Of a stretch of 64,000 nt of DNA, positions 52,054 to 64,000 are shown in pieces. How positions within the stretch are numbered: the first letter of the stretch is position 1; every line of letters starts with the position of its first letter. The translations under genes were made by a program, and so were the position numbers. The stretch is from Octopus vulgaris (lineage: Eukaryota), in contig OX597827.1 in NCBI GenBank assembly GCA_951406725.2, positions 23,126,001 through 23,190,000 on the forward strand, given 5' to 3'. The notes under the pieces were generated by a model. The model was not told the origin of the DNA. It saw only the letters and a list, made by a program, of their open reading frames with translations, and ran no database searches.

Positions 52054-54245
52054 GCCTTTGCACAGCTTCTATCACTGGAGATGTACTACAGTGTCAGCTG
52101 TTCACTACCAGTGAACTAAGGTAACACCTCTTATTTTTCGAGCACCTTCCAGAGTATTTGAGCGGTTCCAAGCAGTGCTGTTTTCTGCAAGTGTTTTTGT
52201 TATTGTTGTTGTTGTTGTTGTTTTATTTCTCAGAACGTTCGTTCTTGTTTGTTCTGGTAGATTCTGTAAGAGCAGACAGCATCCTGCTGTCAAATGTCTC
52301 ACAAGGTCTCTTTCCACACATTATAAGCTTTGATACCTGGTTGTTAATTATCATGAGAGACATTCAACATCCAAGTACCAATCTCAAAATCCTAGCTGTC
52401 CCCCAGCAGAGCAGTTTTTTGGCCTTTGCTCTACTCTCATATCATATTTCTTGAACTTGGTTGTTAATGATCCGAGTGGCCCTACAACTATTGGAATGAC
52501 AGACACTCTCCTCATAGTCCACATTCTTACAATTTTGTCTTTTAGTAGTCTGTACTTTTCAATCTTTTCTAGTTCTTTGATCTTGGTTTCTAAAAATCCA
52601 ACAGTATCTTATATTCCTTATTCTCAGTGACCCTCTCTGGTTCATGTTCGTACCATTTCTGTGTTCTGTTCAGGCTGTACTTTTCACATAGCCGCCAATG
52701 GACAAACTTAGCCATGTTATCGTGCCTCATTTTGTAATGCTTTTGGGCCATCTTGCAGCACTCACTCGCAATGTTTGAGATTGTTTTGTTTCTGTTGCCA
52801 CACATCCTACAAAGGGGCGACTCACTACTCTTATCTATTTGGAACTTGGTGTAATTAGTTCTCAGAGCTTGTTCCTGGGCGCTGCATATCAATACCTCAG
52901 TGCATCTTTTGAGATCTCTTTTTCTTAGCCATCTCTAAATATTGATCTTGTCTTTTCCTTCGATTTCTCTCAGGTATTGCCCATGCAGTGGTTCCATTTT
53001 CCATTCGTTTACTCTTTCTTTTTCATCTTGCTTCTTAAATGTTTGTGGATGCATCACATTTTCGGTAGGTATTATTTGTTAATTCCAACAGCGACAAGCA
53101 AGGATTCACTCTGTTCTCGTTGACAATACAGATCTTGCATCCTATGAGGCCTCTTCCTTCCCTGTTCCTGTCAGTATCACTTTTGGGGTGTAGTTCCTTG
53201 TTAATTGTCATCACTAGTTTTCCTGTCCATTTCCTCAAACTCGTTCTTTGTCCACCTAACAACACCTGCATCATACTGCATTAAGGAAACAGCCCATGTA
53301 TTCATTTCCCTGATCTTGTTTTTTTCCATTGAGTCTATTTCCCATAATTAACCTGGTTCTTCTGAAATATTCTTGCCTAAAGCTTTCCTTCATTTCACTT
53401 TCCTTGATTTTGTCGTATTCTAAAATCCCCAAATATTTACATCCATTAGTCTCAATATCCTTGATTCGCTCTTTGATTTAGCTCCACACCATCAGCCGGC
53501 CCCTTTGTATTATAAGCATACCACACTAATTAGTCCTAAATTCCATTCCAATGTCCTTACTGAATATCTGCATTGTTGAAACTAGATTGTTTATTTCACG
53601 TTTGGTCTTTCCAAAGATCTTTAAGTCTTCCATATATAACAGATGGTTCAATTTTTTTCTACTTTTCAAGGTGTACCCCTGATGTCACTTTCAGTAGTAT
53701 CTGTGTGAGGGGTATCATACAAATCACAAACAGCAATGGTGATAGGATATCTCCTTGAAATATGCCTCTCTTGATGTTGACCCTCGCCCAAAATTTTCCA
53801 CATGAAGTTAACTCTGTACTCCAGTTTTTCATTGAACACCTAATAAAATTTGATACATTATCAGACACCTGTACCAGCTCAAGACCTTCTAAAATCCAGG
53901 AAGGAGGGACCATGTCATATACCTTCTTATAACCGATCCATGCTATTCCCAGATTAGTAAGTCTTTTCTTGCAGTCATTCAGTACCATTCTGTCCATCAG
54001 AAGTTGGTCTTTTGTCTCTCAACTTTTCCTTCCTCACCCTTTCTGTTCCACTGGCACTTTGTCATTCGATTCCAGGCAGTTATACCATTAATTAGAGATT
54101 ATTCCTGTCCTCAGCTTCCACATCAGGGGCAGACACGTGATAAGCCAGTAGTTATCCACTGCATTGCCTTTGCTGGGATCCTTTTGGCAAAGTATTGTTT
54201 TACCAGGGATCTGCCACTTTGGGATTTGTACACTGTTGTTGATCA
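52054..54245 (-). mobile_element. R4/Dong-clade LINE, 5'-truncated, inserted in (TAA)n
   Basis: RGIFQGDILSPLLFVICMIPL, AQEQALRTN..CRMC..ASEC..RHD; (TTA)n on both flanks. Confidence 0.92.
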
Positions 54246-54270
54246 TATTATTATTATTATTATTATTATT

Positions 54271-54681
54271 GAGTGAGAGAGCAGTGCATGCCATCAAAGT
54301 GACACTGGGATACAAATATACGAAGCCCAGTATACCCATCATGACTACCTGTCTGATGAGGGTACACTAGGCACATGCATCACAACCTTATGAGTGCAAC
54401 ATGGTGATCTCATATCAAGATAAACAGTGATTGACCTTGCAGGTGGGGCCCAGTTAGAATTTTCTTCAGGTTGATTAGCCCATCCTACTCAAAAGGTCCT
54501 TGAATAAGGGTTTTTTAAGGATGTTGAATGAAACACCCATGTTTCCAAAGGTGAATTATCCAAACCCTAAAGAATTCTTCTCAATACATGGCTATGATGC
54601 TCCCCCACTACTTCTGCTCGTGATCAGAGATGCACATATCATCAGCCTGGAAGGGACATGCTCAACTGGTTAAGGTCAAAC
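54271..54681. mobile_element. Unclassified element E, truncated copy
   Basis: Near-identical to 55346-55757. Confidence 0.85.
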
Positions 54682-55325
54682 GACTGTTCTGACGCACTCG
54701 TCCAGTGCCCGAGTATTGCTGACCTGTGGGTTTACGTCGAACAGCTACTGTTGCATATAGGACGGATCCAGCTATCAGCTGAATCCATAGTGAAGACTGC
54801 CTCACTGACCTTTAACTGGGAAGGCAAGACAATTTTCCTTTGTCTAGTGGCTGCAGTGAAAGAGGTGGTATGGTGGACCCATTTGAAAGGGCTAAAGTTA
54901 GACATTTTCCTCTTTGGCCAAGGCCTCATCAACTTTTTCAAGTTCCACTTGTAAAGGAAGATGAGAGTAGAGAGGGAAGTGCTGTCTCGTGGCAAATTTA
55001 TTGAAAGGTGGGTGAATGTTGGGAAAATGGCCAGTATGAACAGATCAATTCTGAGATTACACCTGCAAAAAAAAAAGGTAATATAAAAGAGAAGGGGCCA
55101 TCTACCCCTTTCTGACCAGGCTCCCGTGGATTTTATGGGTTTTTCCATGAGTAACCTTTCAAAGTGCCTCCCACTATTGAGAGTCTTGTTTGTTATATTT
55201 TTTGTTGTTATTTGAATGTTTACACGGACCTTTCTTTTTCGCAAAACCCTTTGTACTCTTTGTCCTGTGTTTGTCCTTACATGTTTTTTGATTTATGTTA
55301 GCCCTTGTGGCCAATAAACCAGAAT
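54682..55325 (+). mobile_element. Tx1/L1-like LINE 3' end
   Basis: ALVQCPSIADLWVYVEQLL..AVKEVVWW..FIERW; T-rich 3' UTR ending in aataaa. Confidence 0.65.
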
Positions 55326-55345
55326 TAATTATTATTATCATTATT

Positions 55346-55903
55346 GAGTGAGAGAGCAGTGCATGCCATCAAAGTGACACTGGGATACAAATATATGAAG
55401 CCCAGTATACCCATCATGACTACTCGTCTGATAAGGGTACACCAGGCACATGCATCACAACCATATGTGTGCGACATGGTGATTTCATATCAAGATAAAC
55501 AGCACATGGCCTTGCAGGTGGGGCCCAGTTAGAATTTTCTTCTGGTCGAGTAACCCATCCAGCTCAAAAGGTCCCTGAACAAGGGTTGTTTAAGGATGTT
55601 GAACGAAACACCCATGTTTCCAGAGGTGAAGTATTCAAACCCCAAAGAATCCCTTTCAACACATGGCTATGATGCTCCACCACTACTTCTGCTCATGATC
55701 AGAGATGCACATATCGTCAACCTCTAAGGGACATGGTCAACTGGTTATGGTCAAACAACTGACAAGCAAATCTGTGGTATTGAGCAGAATATTTGCTGGA
55801 GCCCATCTTTTATACCAAGACAAAACAATGTACATGATAACACTTCCAATCAGTTAAGATCAGAAGCCACGAGAGCCACTGCCTGGTACTGCACCAGGGC
55901 ATT
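55346..55903. mobile_element. Unclassified ~560-bp element E, full copy between (TTA)n tracts
   Basis: Three copies in the window, always abutting TTA/TAA repeats. Confidence 0.85.
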
Positions 55904-56305
55904 TATTATTATTATTATTATTATTATTATCATGATCACTATCCTTCCATATCAGCCCTATTATTTTCCCCTCATACTTCAGTTGCTACATTTAACATAT
56001 ACTCACCACCTCATGTTTCATTTGTCACATAACTTCACTCTTCCTACCAAACTCACTGCATTCCTCTGTAACCCTCTCCATTTTTATGTCCATTCAATGT
56101 CACTTGGGTCATTGTATGTCATTGAGCCATGGAGTGTCATGTTTCTTAAAACAGTCAAGTCTTTTGGGGGCGGGGTGAGAAAGAGGGAGAGTGTTGGTGA
56201 GAAGGGTAAATGTATTCTTTTGTTCTATTACTCGTTTCAGACATTTGATTGCAGCCATGCTGGAGCACCACCTTAAAGCTGGAGCTCACACACACACACA
56301 CACAT

Positions 56306-56348
<43 letters not shown>

Positions 56349-57649
56349 AAGTGAGAGAGAGAGAGACCCATTGCTACCAACAGAAATAACATGTTCAATT
56401 TTCTCCTACTCTTCTAATTTTTGCTACTACCACCACCACCACCACCACTGCAACCACCACCACCACCACCGCCGCCACCACCAAAACCACCACCACCACC
56501 ACCACGACTGCAACCACTGTCACCACTACCTCCTGTAATACTACCTCCACAAAGTGAAAAGCTTCAAGGTAGAGGTGACCCTGAAATGGTTTCCTCAGCC
56601 AAACTTTAACGAGGAGCAATGAATTAATGTGTTTGTGAGAGGAAGAGAGAGAGAGAGAGAGAGAGGAGGGAGGGAGGCTTTTTGTTTGTGGTTATTGTGG
56701 TGATGATGATGATGATGATGGAGAGGTAAGAGTAGGAGGGTGGAAGGAGTGTTGCAGTTAGGCCACAGGAAGGACAGGTGAGTTGGGAACATTCTAGAAA
56801 CTGTGGGAATATGACATGGGAATTATTAATTTAGATAATTACAACAAATGGCTGGTTTGGAGAGGAAATGAGGAAGAAAGAAACAAAGAAACAAACAAAC
56901 AAAGAAGGAAAAAAAGAAGGAAAGGAAAAAAGGAAATTTTGTTTTTTTTAGCTCATGATCAATCCTGATCCAGTAGACCTATGATGAAAGATATTCCAAC
57001 CATGACCATCACGAAATTTATTCAGATACAATCTACCAAGTTCCAGGATGTCTGAGAGAAGTTTTGCAAAGTGGAACAAAACCAACTTTGAAGCCTTGAA
57101 GAGAGATTCTCTGTAAAATCCAAAGATTTTGTGAAATTGTAAAATTTTTGTTAATTTTCTTTTCATAATTAGGGTCCTGCTTCACATTTACAGGGGCCTT
57201 CCTCGGTTCCCTAGGCTTCTGGAGCAATGCACCAGCTGACCCATCACCACCACCACCATTCTTAATGCACTGACTCTAAACTAATTACCATATGTGTTCT
57301 TTCTTTAAGACTGTAGAGTGTAATTAGAGAAAGATTTGACTGGTGTTTCTAGCAGGTCAAGTATCTACATAGAGTATCCTTCATTAGCTGTTCATAAACA
57401 TCGTTTATTATTTTTTATCCTTTCACTTGTTTCAGTTATTAGACTGTGGCCAGGCTGGGGCAGCACCTTGAAGAATTTTTAGTTGAATAAATTAAATTTG
57501 GTACTTTTTAAAAATTTTTTAAAGCCTTGTACTTACTCTAATCGGACATTCTGTTGAACTGCTAAGTCATGGGAGACGTAAGCACACCAACATTGGTTGT
57601 CAAGCAGTGGTGGGGACAACCCCCCTCCCTTCACATATATATATATATG

Positions 57650-58015
57650 GGGAGGCACAATGGCCCAATAGTTAGGAGCAGCAGACTCACGGTCGTAGGA
57701 TTGTGGTTTTGATTCCCAGACTGGGCGTTGTGAATGTTTATTGAATGAAAACACCTAAAGCACCACGAGGCTCCGGCAGGGGTTGGTGGCAAACCCTGCT
57801 GTACTCTTTCTCTCTTTCTTTCTGTTTCTGTGGTATCTGTATTTCAAACGGCCAGCCTTGTCACACACTGTGTCACGCTGAATCTCCTCGAGAACTACGT
57901 TAAGGGTGCATGTATCTGTGGAGTACTCAGCCACTTGCATGTTAATTTCATGAGCAGGCTGTTCTGTTGATCGGATCAACTGGAACCCTATCGTTGCAAC
58001 CAACGGAGTGCCATG
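57650..58015 (+). mobile_element. SINE C head fused to an alternative body (shared with the 43.3-43.8 kb SINE)
   Basis: Head as at 5206; body ggccagccttgtcac...cagccacttgc. Confidence 0.8.
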
Positions 58016-58089
58016 ATGACGTATGTGTGTGTGTGTGTAACCATCTAGATGAATCTCCCAAACCACAGACTTATTAGGGATCTTCAAAT

Positions 58090-58300
58090 TGATTTCAGAT
58101 TTTAGCACAAAGCCAGCAATTTCAGGGGAGGGGGTAAGTTGATGGCATTGATCCCTACCCAGCATTCAAATGGTAATTATTTTATCAAACCCAAAAGGAT
58201 GACAGGCAAAGTCAACCCTGGTGGTGTTTGAACTCAAAATAGAAAACCGAAATAAATGCCGCCCAGCATTTCACCCAGCATGTTTAACACTCCTGCTGGC
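58090..58300 (-). mobile_element. SINE family B
   Basis: aaaggatgacaggcaaagtcaacc motif. Confidence 0.75.
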
Positions 58301-58506
58301 TTTCCGCTCTCTCAGAAGCGTTCATATTAATAGTATTTCTAAACAAAAACCGAAAATATCTCATGAAATAAAACATTCATTAACGAATATGTTACAGACT
58401 ATTTTTAGTGACCCCTTCAGAATATTCCGCTCAACAGAACTGAGATCAGTGTGGGGTGGGGTTGAGGGGGTGTTAAAACTAGGAATGTACAATAGCGTTG
58501 ACCTAC

Positions 58507-58627
58507 CTTGCAGATCTTTACAAATTTCAGTCAGTTCTGATAGTGTTTTTCGACCCTCTCTCTTGCCGTCCTTTTTCTCACCTTCTGGTGTGGCTGGTAT
58601 TTTATTCCCACTCAGATCACTTGTTTC
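58507..58627 (-). other. Candidate upstream exon (5' boundary unknown)
   Basis: Strong donor CAAG|gtaggt; open frame ETSDLSGNKIPATPEGEKKDGKREGRKTLSELTEICKDLQ; no clear acceptor. Confidence 0.3.
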
Positions 58628-58811
58628 TCAGTGACACATGACCAGTGTAACATGAACAGAAAACCTGCAGTTTCCATATCATGTAACCAACATGTGTTAA
58701 CAATGGTCATACAATATGAGATACATATGTATATATTGTGGTGCACCTGAGCACTGTACACAATAATTTCATTATATTATATTATATACATATATATTCA
58801 TATATACATGT

Positions 58812-58845
<34 letters not shown>

Positions 58846-58849
58846 CTGT

Positions 58850-59550
58850 GGATGTGCAATGGCCCAGTGGTTAGGGCAGTGGACTCGCGGTTTCAGTTCC
58901 CAGACCGGGCATTGTGAGTATTTATTGAGTGGAAACACCGAAAAGCTCCACGAGGCTCCGGCAGGGGGTGGTGGCGAACCCTGCCGTACTCTTTCACCAC
59001 AACTTTCTCTCACTCTTTCTTCTGTTGGCCTGCTTGCTTAGCCAGTGGGGTGGCGTCATTTGAAGGCTAAAACAATGCGAAGCGCATTGTGACCAGCGAT
59101 GTGTAGCAACTTCTGATAGCCTGGTCGGCCACGATGATCACAGTGATATATATATGTGTGTGTGTGTGTGTATATATATATTCTTTTATTCTTTTATTTG
59201 TTTCAGTCATTTGACTGCGGCCATGCTGGAGCACCGCCTTTAGTCGAGCAAATCGACCCCAGGACTTATTCTTCATAAGCCTAGTCTCTCTTGCTGAACT
59301 GCTAAGTGACAGGGACACACCAGTGGTTAGGGCAGCGAACTCGCGGTTGGTGTGTGTTTATTGAAAGAAAACACCTAAAAGCTCCACGAGGCTCCGGCAG
59401 GGGGGTGGGGGTGGCGACCCCTGTTGTACTCTTTCGCCACAACTTTCTCTCATTCTCTCTTCCTGTTTCTTGGGTAATGCTGCTATGGACTGCTGGGGGG
59501 AACACAGAAACTGGGAAACCAGGACCATGAGCCTGGCTAGGTTTGAAAAA
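58850..59550. mobile_element. SINE C (+, 58850-59140), SINE A tail (-, 59180-59320), SINE C variant (+, 59320-59550)
   Basis: Family motifs. Confidence 0.85.
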
Positions 59551-59564
59551 CGTTTATCGTTAAA

Positions 59565-59600
59565 GATACACATATATATATGTGTGTGTGTGTGTATATG

Positions 59601-59673
<73 letters not shown>

Positions 59674-60040
59674 GTATATATATATACACACACGTGCACA
59701 AAGACACATATACATATATATATACACACATGCACACACACATACACACATATATATGTGATTGTCATCATATGTATGCATAAATAGGTAGATTGAGAGA
59801 TGGATAGGTAGACGAATGGGCGGACAGACGGATGAGTGGATGGATGGATAGACAGACAGATAGATAGACTGACAGACAGACAAATAGATAGACTGACAGA
59901 CAGACAGATAGGCAGGCAGACACACAGACATGCAAGCAGGCAGGTAGAAAGGTAGGCCGGCAGACATACAGACAAACAAACCGATAGACAAACTGACAGA
60001 CAAACAGGCAGACAGACAAATAGATGGATAGATAAATGGA
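59565..60040. repeat. (TA)/(CA)/(GACA)/(GATA) microsatellites
   Basis: Direct. Confidence 0.92.
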
Positions 60041-60466
60041 TGACCTGAATTGCTGTTCTTGTGATTTTCCTGCAACTGAGGTTGTAGAAGGAACTTAAAT
60101 AAGATCCGAAATGATTTAAGAGATGCCAACACAAAACGACTCTAGTAAAACATGACTCAGGCTTAGCAAATAAAAGATAAAAGGGATTATTAAGAGGACA
60201 AGCAATGACAAAATGATTTCTAAATTGTCCAATAGGAAATGATATTGAGATTGATAAGTCTGGAGAAACAGATTCAAGATAGCAGGAACTGAAATATAAT
60301 GTACAGATAAATAATTGTCCTGTTCCAGCCGAGATAAAACCACTAAAAGAACAGTCATCATTGGTAGCTTTCAGTTGCAAAGAAAAGTATTTCATTAAGA
60401 CATGTGCTCAGTATTTTGTTTGTCTTTTACTGAGAAACTATGGCGTGTGTGTGTGTATTGATAGAT

Positions 60467-60513
<47 letters not shown>

Positions 60514-60568
60514 CACATTTATATATATATATGTGTGTGTGTGTGTGTATATATATGTGTATCTATCA

Positions 60569-60607
<39 letters not shown>

Positions 60608-60854
60608 CTTCATTAAATACACAGTTATGTTTAAGTTTTATCTTTTTCATATTTTCTAATTAGCCTTTTACAATTGGTTTGGAATGGTAGAGTTCCTAAA
60701 TCCTTATCTGATATTTCCAGACCTTCAGTTTCATAATCCATAATTGTATTGGATATATTCGATATTTGTATCGTTTCTTATCGACCGATTGAATTTGTTG
60801 AGACAAATTGCTGAGTCAGGCCTGAATGTCCAGGAACTCATCAATGTGACATCT

Positions 60855-61332
60855 TTTTATTCTTTTACTTGTTTCAGTCATTTGACTGTGGCCATACTGG
60901 AGCATTGCCTTTTAGTCAAACAAATTGACTCCAGGACTTATTCTGGGAAGCCAGAAGGCTGCACCAGACCCAGTCTGATCTGGAAATGTTTCTACGGCTG
61001 GATGCCCTTCCTAATGCCAACCACTCCATGAGTGTAGTGGGTGCATTTTACGTGCCACCGGCACAGGTGCCAGACGGGGCTGGCAAATGGCCATGGAAGG
61101 ATGGTGCTTTTTACATGCCACCGGCACGGGGGTCAGGCGAGGCTGGCAATATATATATATATATACACACATACATACAACAAGCTTCTTTCAGTTTCTG
61201 TTTACCAAATCCACTCACAAGGCTTTGGTCAACCTGAGGCTATACTAGAAAACACTTGCCCAAGGTGCCACACAGTGGGACTGAACCTGGAATCATTTGG
61301 TTGGGAAGCAAGCTACATACCACACAGCCACT
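60855..61332 (-). mobile_element. SINE A interrupted by an RTE-1 3' fragment (60945-61150)
   Basis: Tail at 60855-60945, head at 61180-61332. Confidence 0.8.
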
Positions 61333-61739
61333 TCTGCAATTGGTTGCAAACCTTTACTGATACCTTTTTTTTTTTTTTTACTTTATTAGTATTACTAACA
61401 GCAATGGATAAGGCCTGATTGTCATAACACATGACTGACATTGGTCTCAAATATTGAGCTTATCATACCTCGTTAAAGAGAAGCAAACCTATGGCTGTTT
61501 CCTTCTGGCAGTCAAAGCATGTCAAAACAAACATCAATTTTTGGTATTTCACAAGAATTTCAATTGCATGGCAAGAATTGTGGAATGAAGGTATGAAGAG
61601 GGGCAGCTGTGGTGATGGGGGTAGCTCAAGGTTATTGGTGAGAGAGATCAAAGTTCTATATATGGAGTAACACAATAACTTACATACATTGACAAATTAA
61701 ATATAAATATGGAAATATTTATATTTGTATATTTATATA

Positions 61740-62112
61740 GGTGCAAGCGTGGTTGTGTGGTAAGAAGTTGGAACCTGGAACTACATGGTTCTGAGTTCAG
61801 TCCCACTGTGTGGCACCTTGGACAGGTGTCTTCTACTATAGCCTGGGTCGACCAAAGCCTTGTGAGTGAAACTGGTAGATGGAAAAGAAGCCTATCATAT
61901 GTATATTTGTGTGTGTGTGTGTGTGTGTTTTCCCTTCACCACTGCTTCTTGGTGTGCTTACACCTCCATAACTTAGTGGTTCGGCAAAAGAGGCTGATAG
62001 AATAGGTGCCAGGTTTCAAAAAGTAAAAGTCTTCAGGTCGATTCATTCAACTAAAATTTCTTCAAGGCGATGCCCCAGCATGGTCGCAGTCTAATGACTG
62101 AAACTAGTAAAA
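61740..62112 (+). mobile_element. SINE family A, full length
   Basis: Head, CORE-like motif, internal (TG)n and tail. Confidence 0.85.
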
Positions 62113-62659
62113 ATCTATCTCTCTAGGTCATCTCTCAAGACACCCCAAAATATGTAAAAAAATAAACACTAAAAACTATAAAAACCTCAATGAAATTGAT
62201 GGTTCTTTGACAGAAGATCCCGAATTTTGTGTGGAAGATAAAAGGTGGCCATGGGTGACCTTTTATTTGGGAAGAAAGCTTCATGTGACATGGTTGACTC
62301 TCAGGTAGGCTGCACTATTAAAAGGTCACAAAGAAATTTTGCACCATGTCTTGTCCATAATTAACACCATGTCCATAATTAACATTGGGGCTTAAATCCA
62401 TGAAGAATATGACTGGTCTTTTTTTATAACCATTGTCTCCATAAATATAAAAGGTAAATTTATCCAGGCATGATTTGAATGTACCTGTAATATATCCCCA
62501 GAGTGGTGCTCTGCTGGTTCTACCATTCAAGTTTGTTTGAGAATGAAAATACAGCATCAGAAGTAAGTGTTCTGAAGGAAGACTACTTTCAATGTAAGTG
62601 GGGCATGTTGATAGAAGTAATAGCTATAACTTTAATACAGGTGATATCCTCCTCCTCCT

Positions 62660-63090
62660 CCTCATCATCATCATCGTCGTCATCGTTTAGGGTCCGCTTT
62701 CCATACTGGCATGGGTTGGAGGGTTTGACTGAGGTCTGGAGAGCCAGTGGCTGCACCAGGCTCCAATCTGATCTGGCAATGTTTCTACAGCTGGATGCCT
62801 TTTCTAACACCAACCACTCTGAGAGTGTAGTGGGTGCTTTTTGCGTGCCACCGGCACAGAAGCCAGTCAGGTGGGCCTGGCATCAATCACATCCGCATAG
62901 TGCTTTTTACATGCCACCAGCACAGGGGCCAGTCAGGGGGTACTGGCATTGGCCACATTCGGATGATGCTTTTTACGTACCACTGGTACGGGGGCCAGTC
63001 GGGCAGACCTGGCATCAACCATGTTTGGATGGTGCTTTTTACATGCCACCAGCACGGACCAGTCAGAGGTCATTGGCCACAGCTACGATA
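62660..63090 (-). mobile_element. RTE-1 3' end (family D) with 4-5 tandem units
   Basis: Repeated tgctttttacatgccaccagcac. Confidence 0.85.
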
Positions 63091-63297
63091 TTGGTAGATG
63101 GCTATGTAATATAGAATGATAGGTGGTATAGAGTTGTATGTGACATATATTGCTTCATAGGTGTTACCAAGTCACCTATCCCGTTAGAACACTCCAACAT
63201 GACGTGGCTAAACTCAAATATTATAGCAATTTGATCTGAGAACTTAAAAAGCTACAATAAATATTACAAAATATTTTTTCAACATGCTAACAATTTA

Positions 63298-63332
<35 letters not shown>

Positions 63333-63399
63333 CAACAACAACCACAACAACAACAACAACAATAATAATGATAAAATAATAATAATAATAATAATAATA

Positions 63400-63628
63400 A
63401 TGGTTTCAAATTTTGCCACAAAGGCAACAATTTTGGGAGAGAGGATGAGTTGATAACATCAACCCCAACAATATGCCCCATCAACTGGCACTTAATTTAT
63501 TGATCCCCATCCCCAAAGGATGAAAGGCAAAGTTGACCTTAGCAGAATTTGAACTCAGAACAAAGCAACAGGTGAAATACCACTAAGCATTTTGCTCAGC
63601 ATGCTAATGGTTCTGCCAGTTCACTGCC

Positions 63629-63630
<2 letters not shown>
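63400..63630 (-). mobile_element. SINE B between (TAA)n tracts
   Basis: Family motif. Confidence 0.85.
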
Positions 63631-63699
<69 letters not shown>

Positions 63700-63703
<4 letters not shown>

Positions 63704-64000
63704 GCCCTGATGCAGTACCAGGCAGTGGCTCTCATGGCTTCTGATCTTAACTGATTGGAAGTGTTATCATGTACATTGTTTTGTCTTGGTATAAAAGATG
63801 GGCTACAGCAAATATTCTGCTCAATACCACAGATTTGCTTGTCAGTTGTTTGACCTTAATCAGTTGAGCATGTCCCTTAGTGGCTGACGATATGTGCATC
63901 TCTGATCACGAGCAGAAGTAGTGGGGGAGCATCATAGCCATGTGTTGAGAAGGATTCTTTGGGGTTTGAATACTTCACCTCTGGAAACATGGGTATTTCG
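63700..64000. mobile_element. Element E, reverse orientation, runs off the window
   Basis: Reverse complement of ~55605-55903; preceded by (TAA)n. Confidence 0.88.

Overview
AT-rich, extremely repeat-dense animal genomic DNA, not prokaryotic. The SINE families and microsatellite load suggest a coleoid cephalopod, probably an octopus (inference). No recognisable host protein-coding gene is present, and most tracked ORFs are microsatellite translations. Real coding signal comes only from transposon remnants: RTE, CR1, R4/Dong, Hero, Tx1-like and Penelope retroelements, plus mariner transposase. Around these lie several tRNA-derived SINE families, hAT MITEs and a TAA-flanked ~560-bp unclassified element. 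Five minus-strand exon candidates may form a spliced lncRNA or long 5' leader. The most notable signal is a set of small fold-back elements embedded in (TA)n that carry minimal Penelope-type hammerhead ribozyme motifs, one with a swapped G3:C8 core. One copy (25.0-25.4 kb) has about 17 of 20 arm mismatches of a single polarity (A>G on the minus strand), which looks like an ADAR-hyper-edited hairpin RNA written back into the genome. All counts are by-eye alignments.
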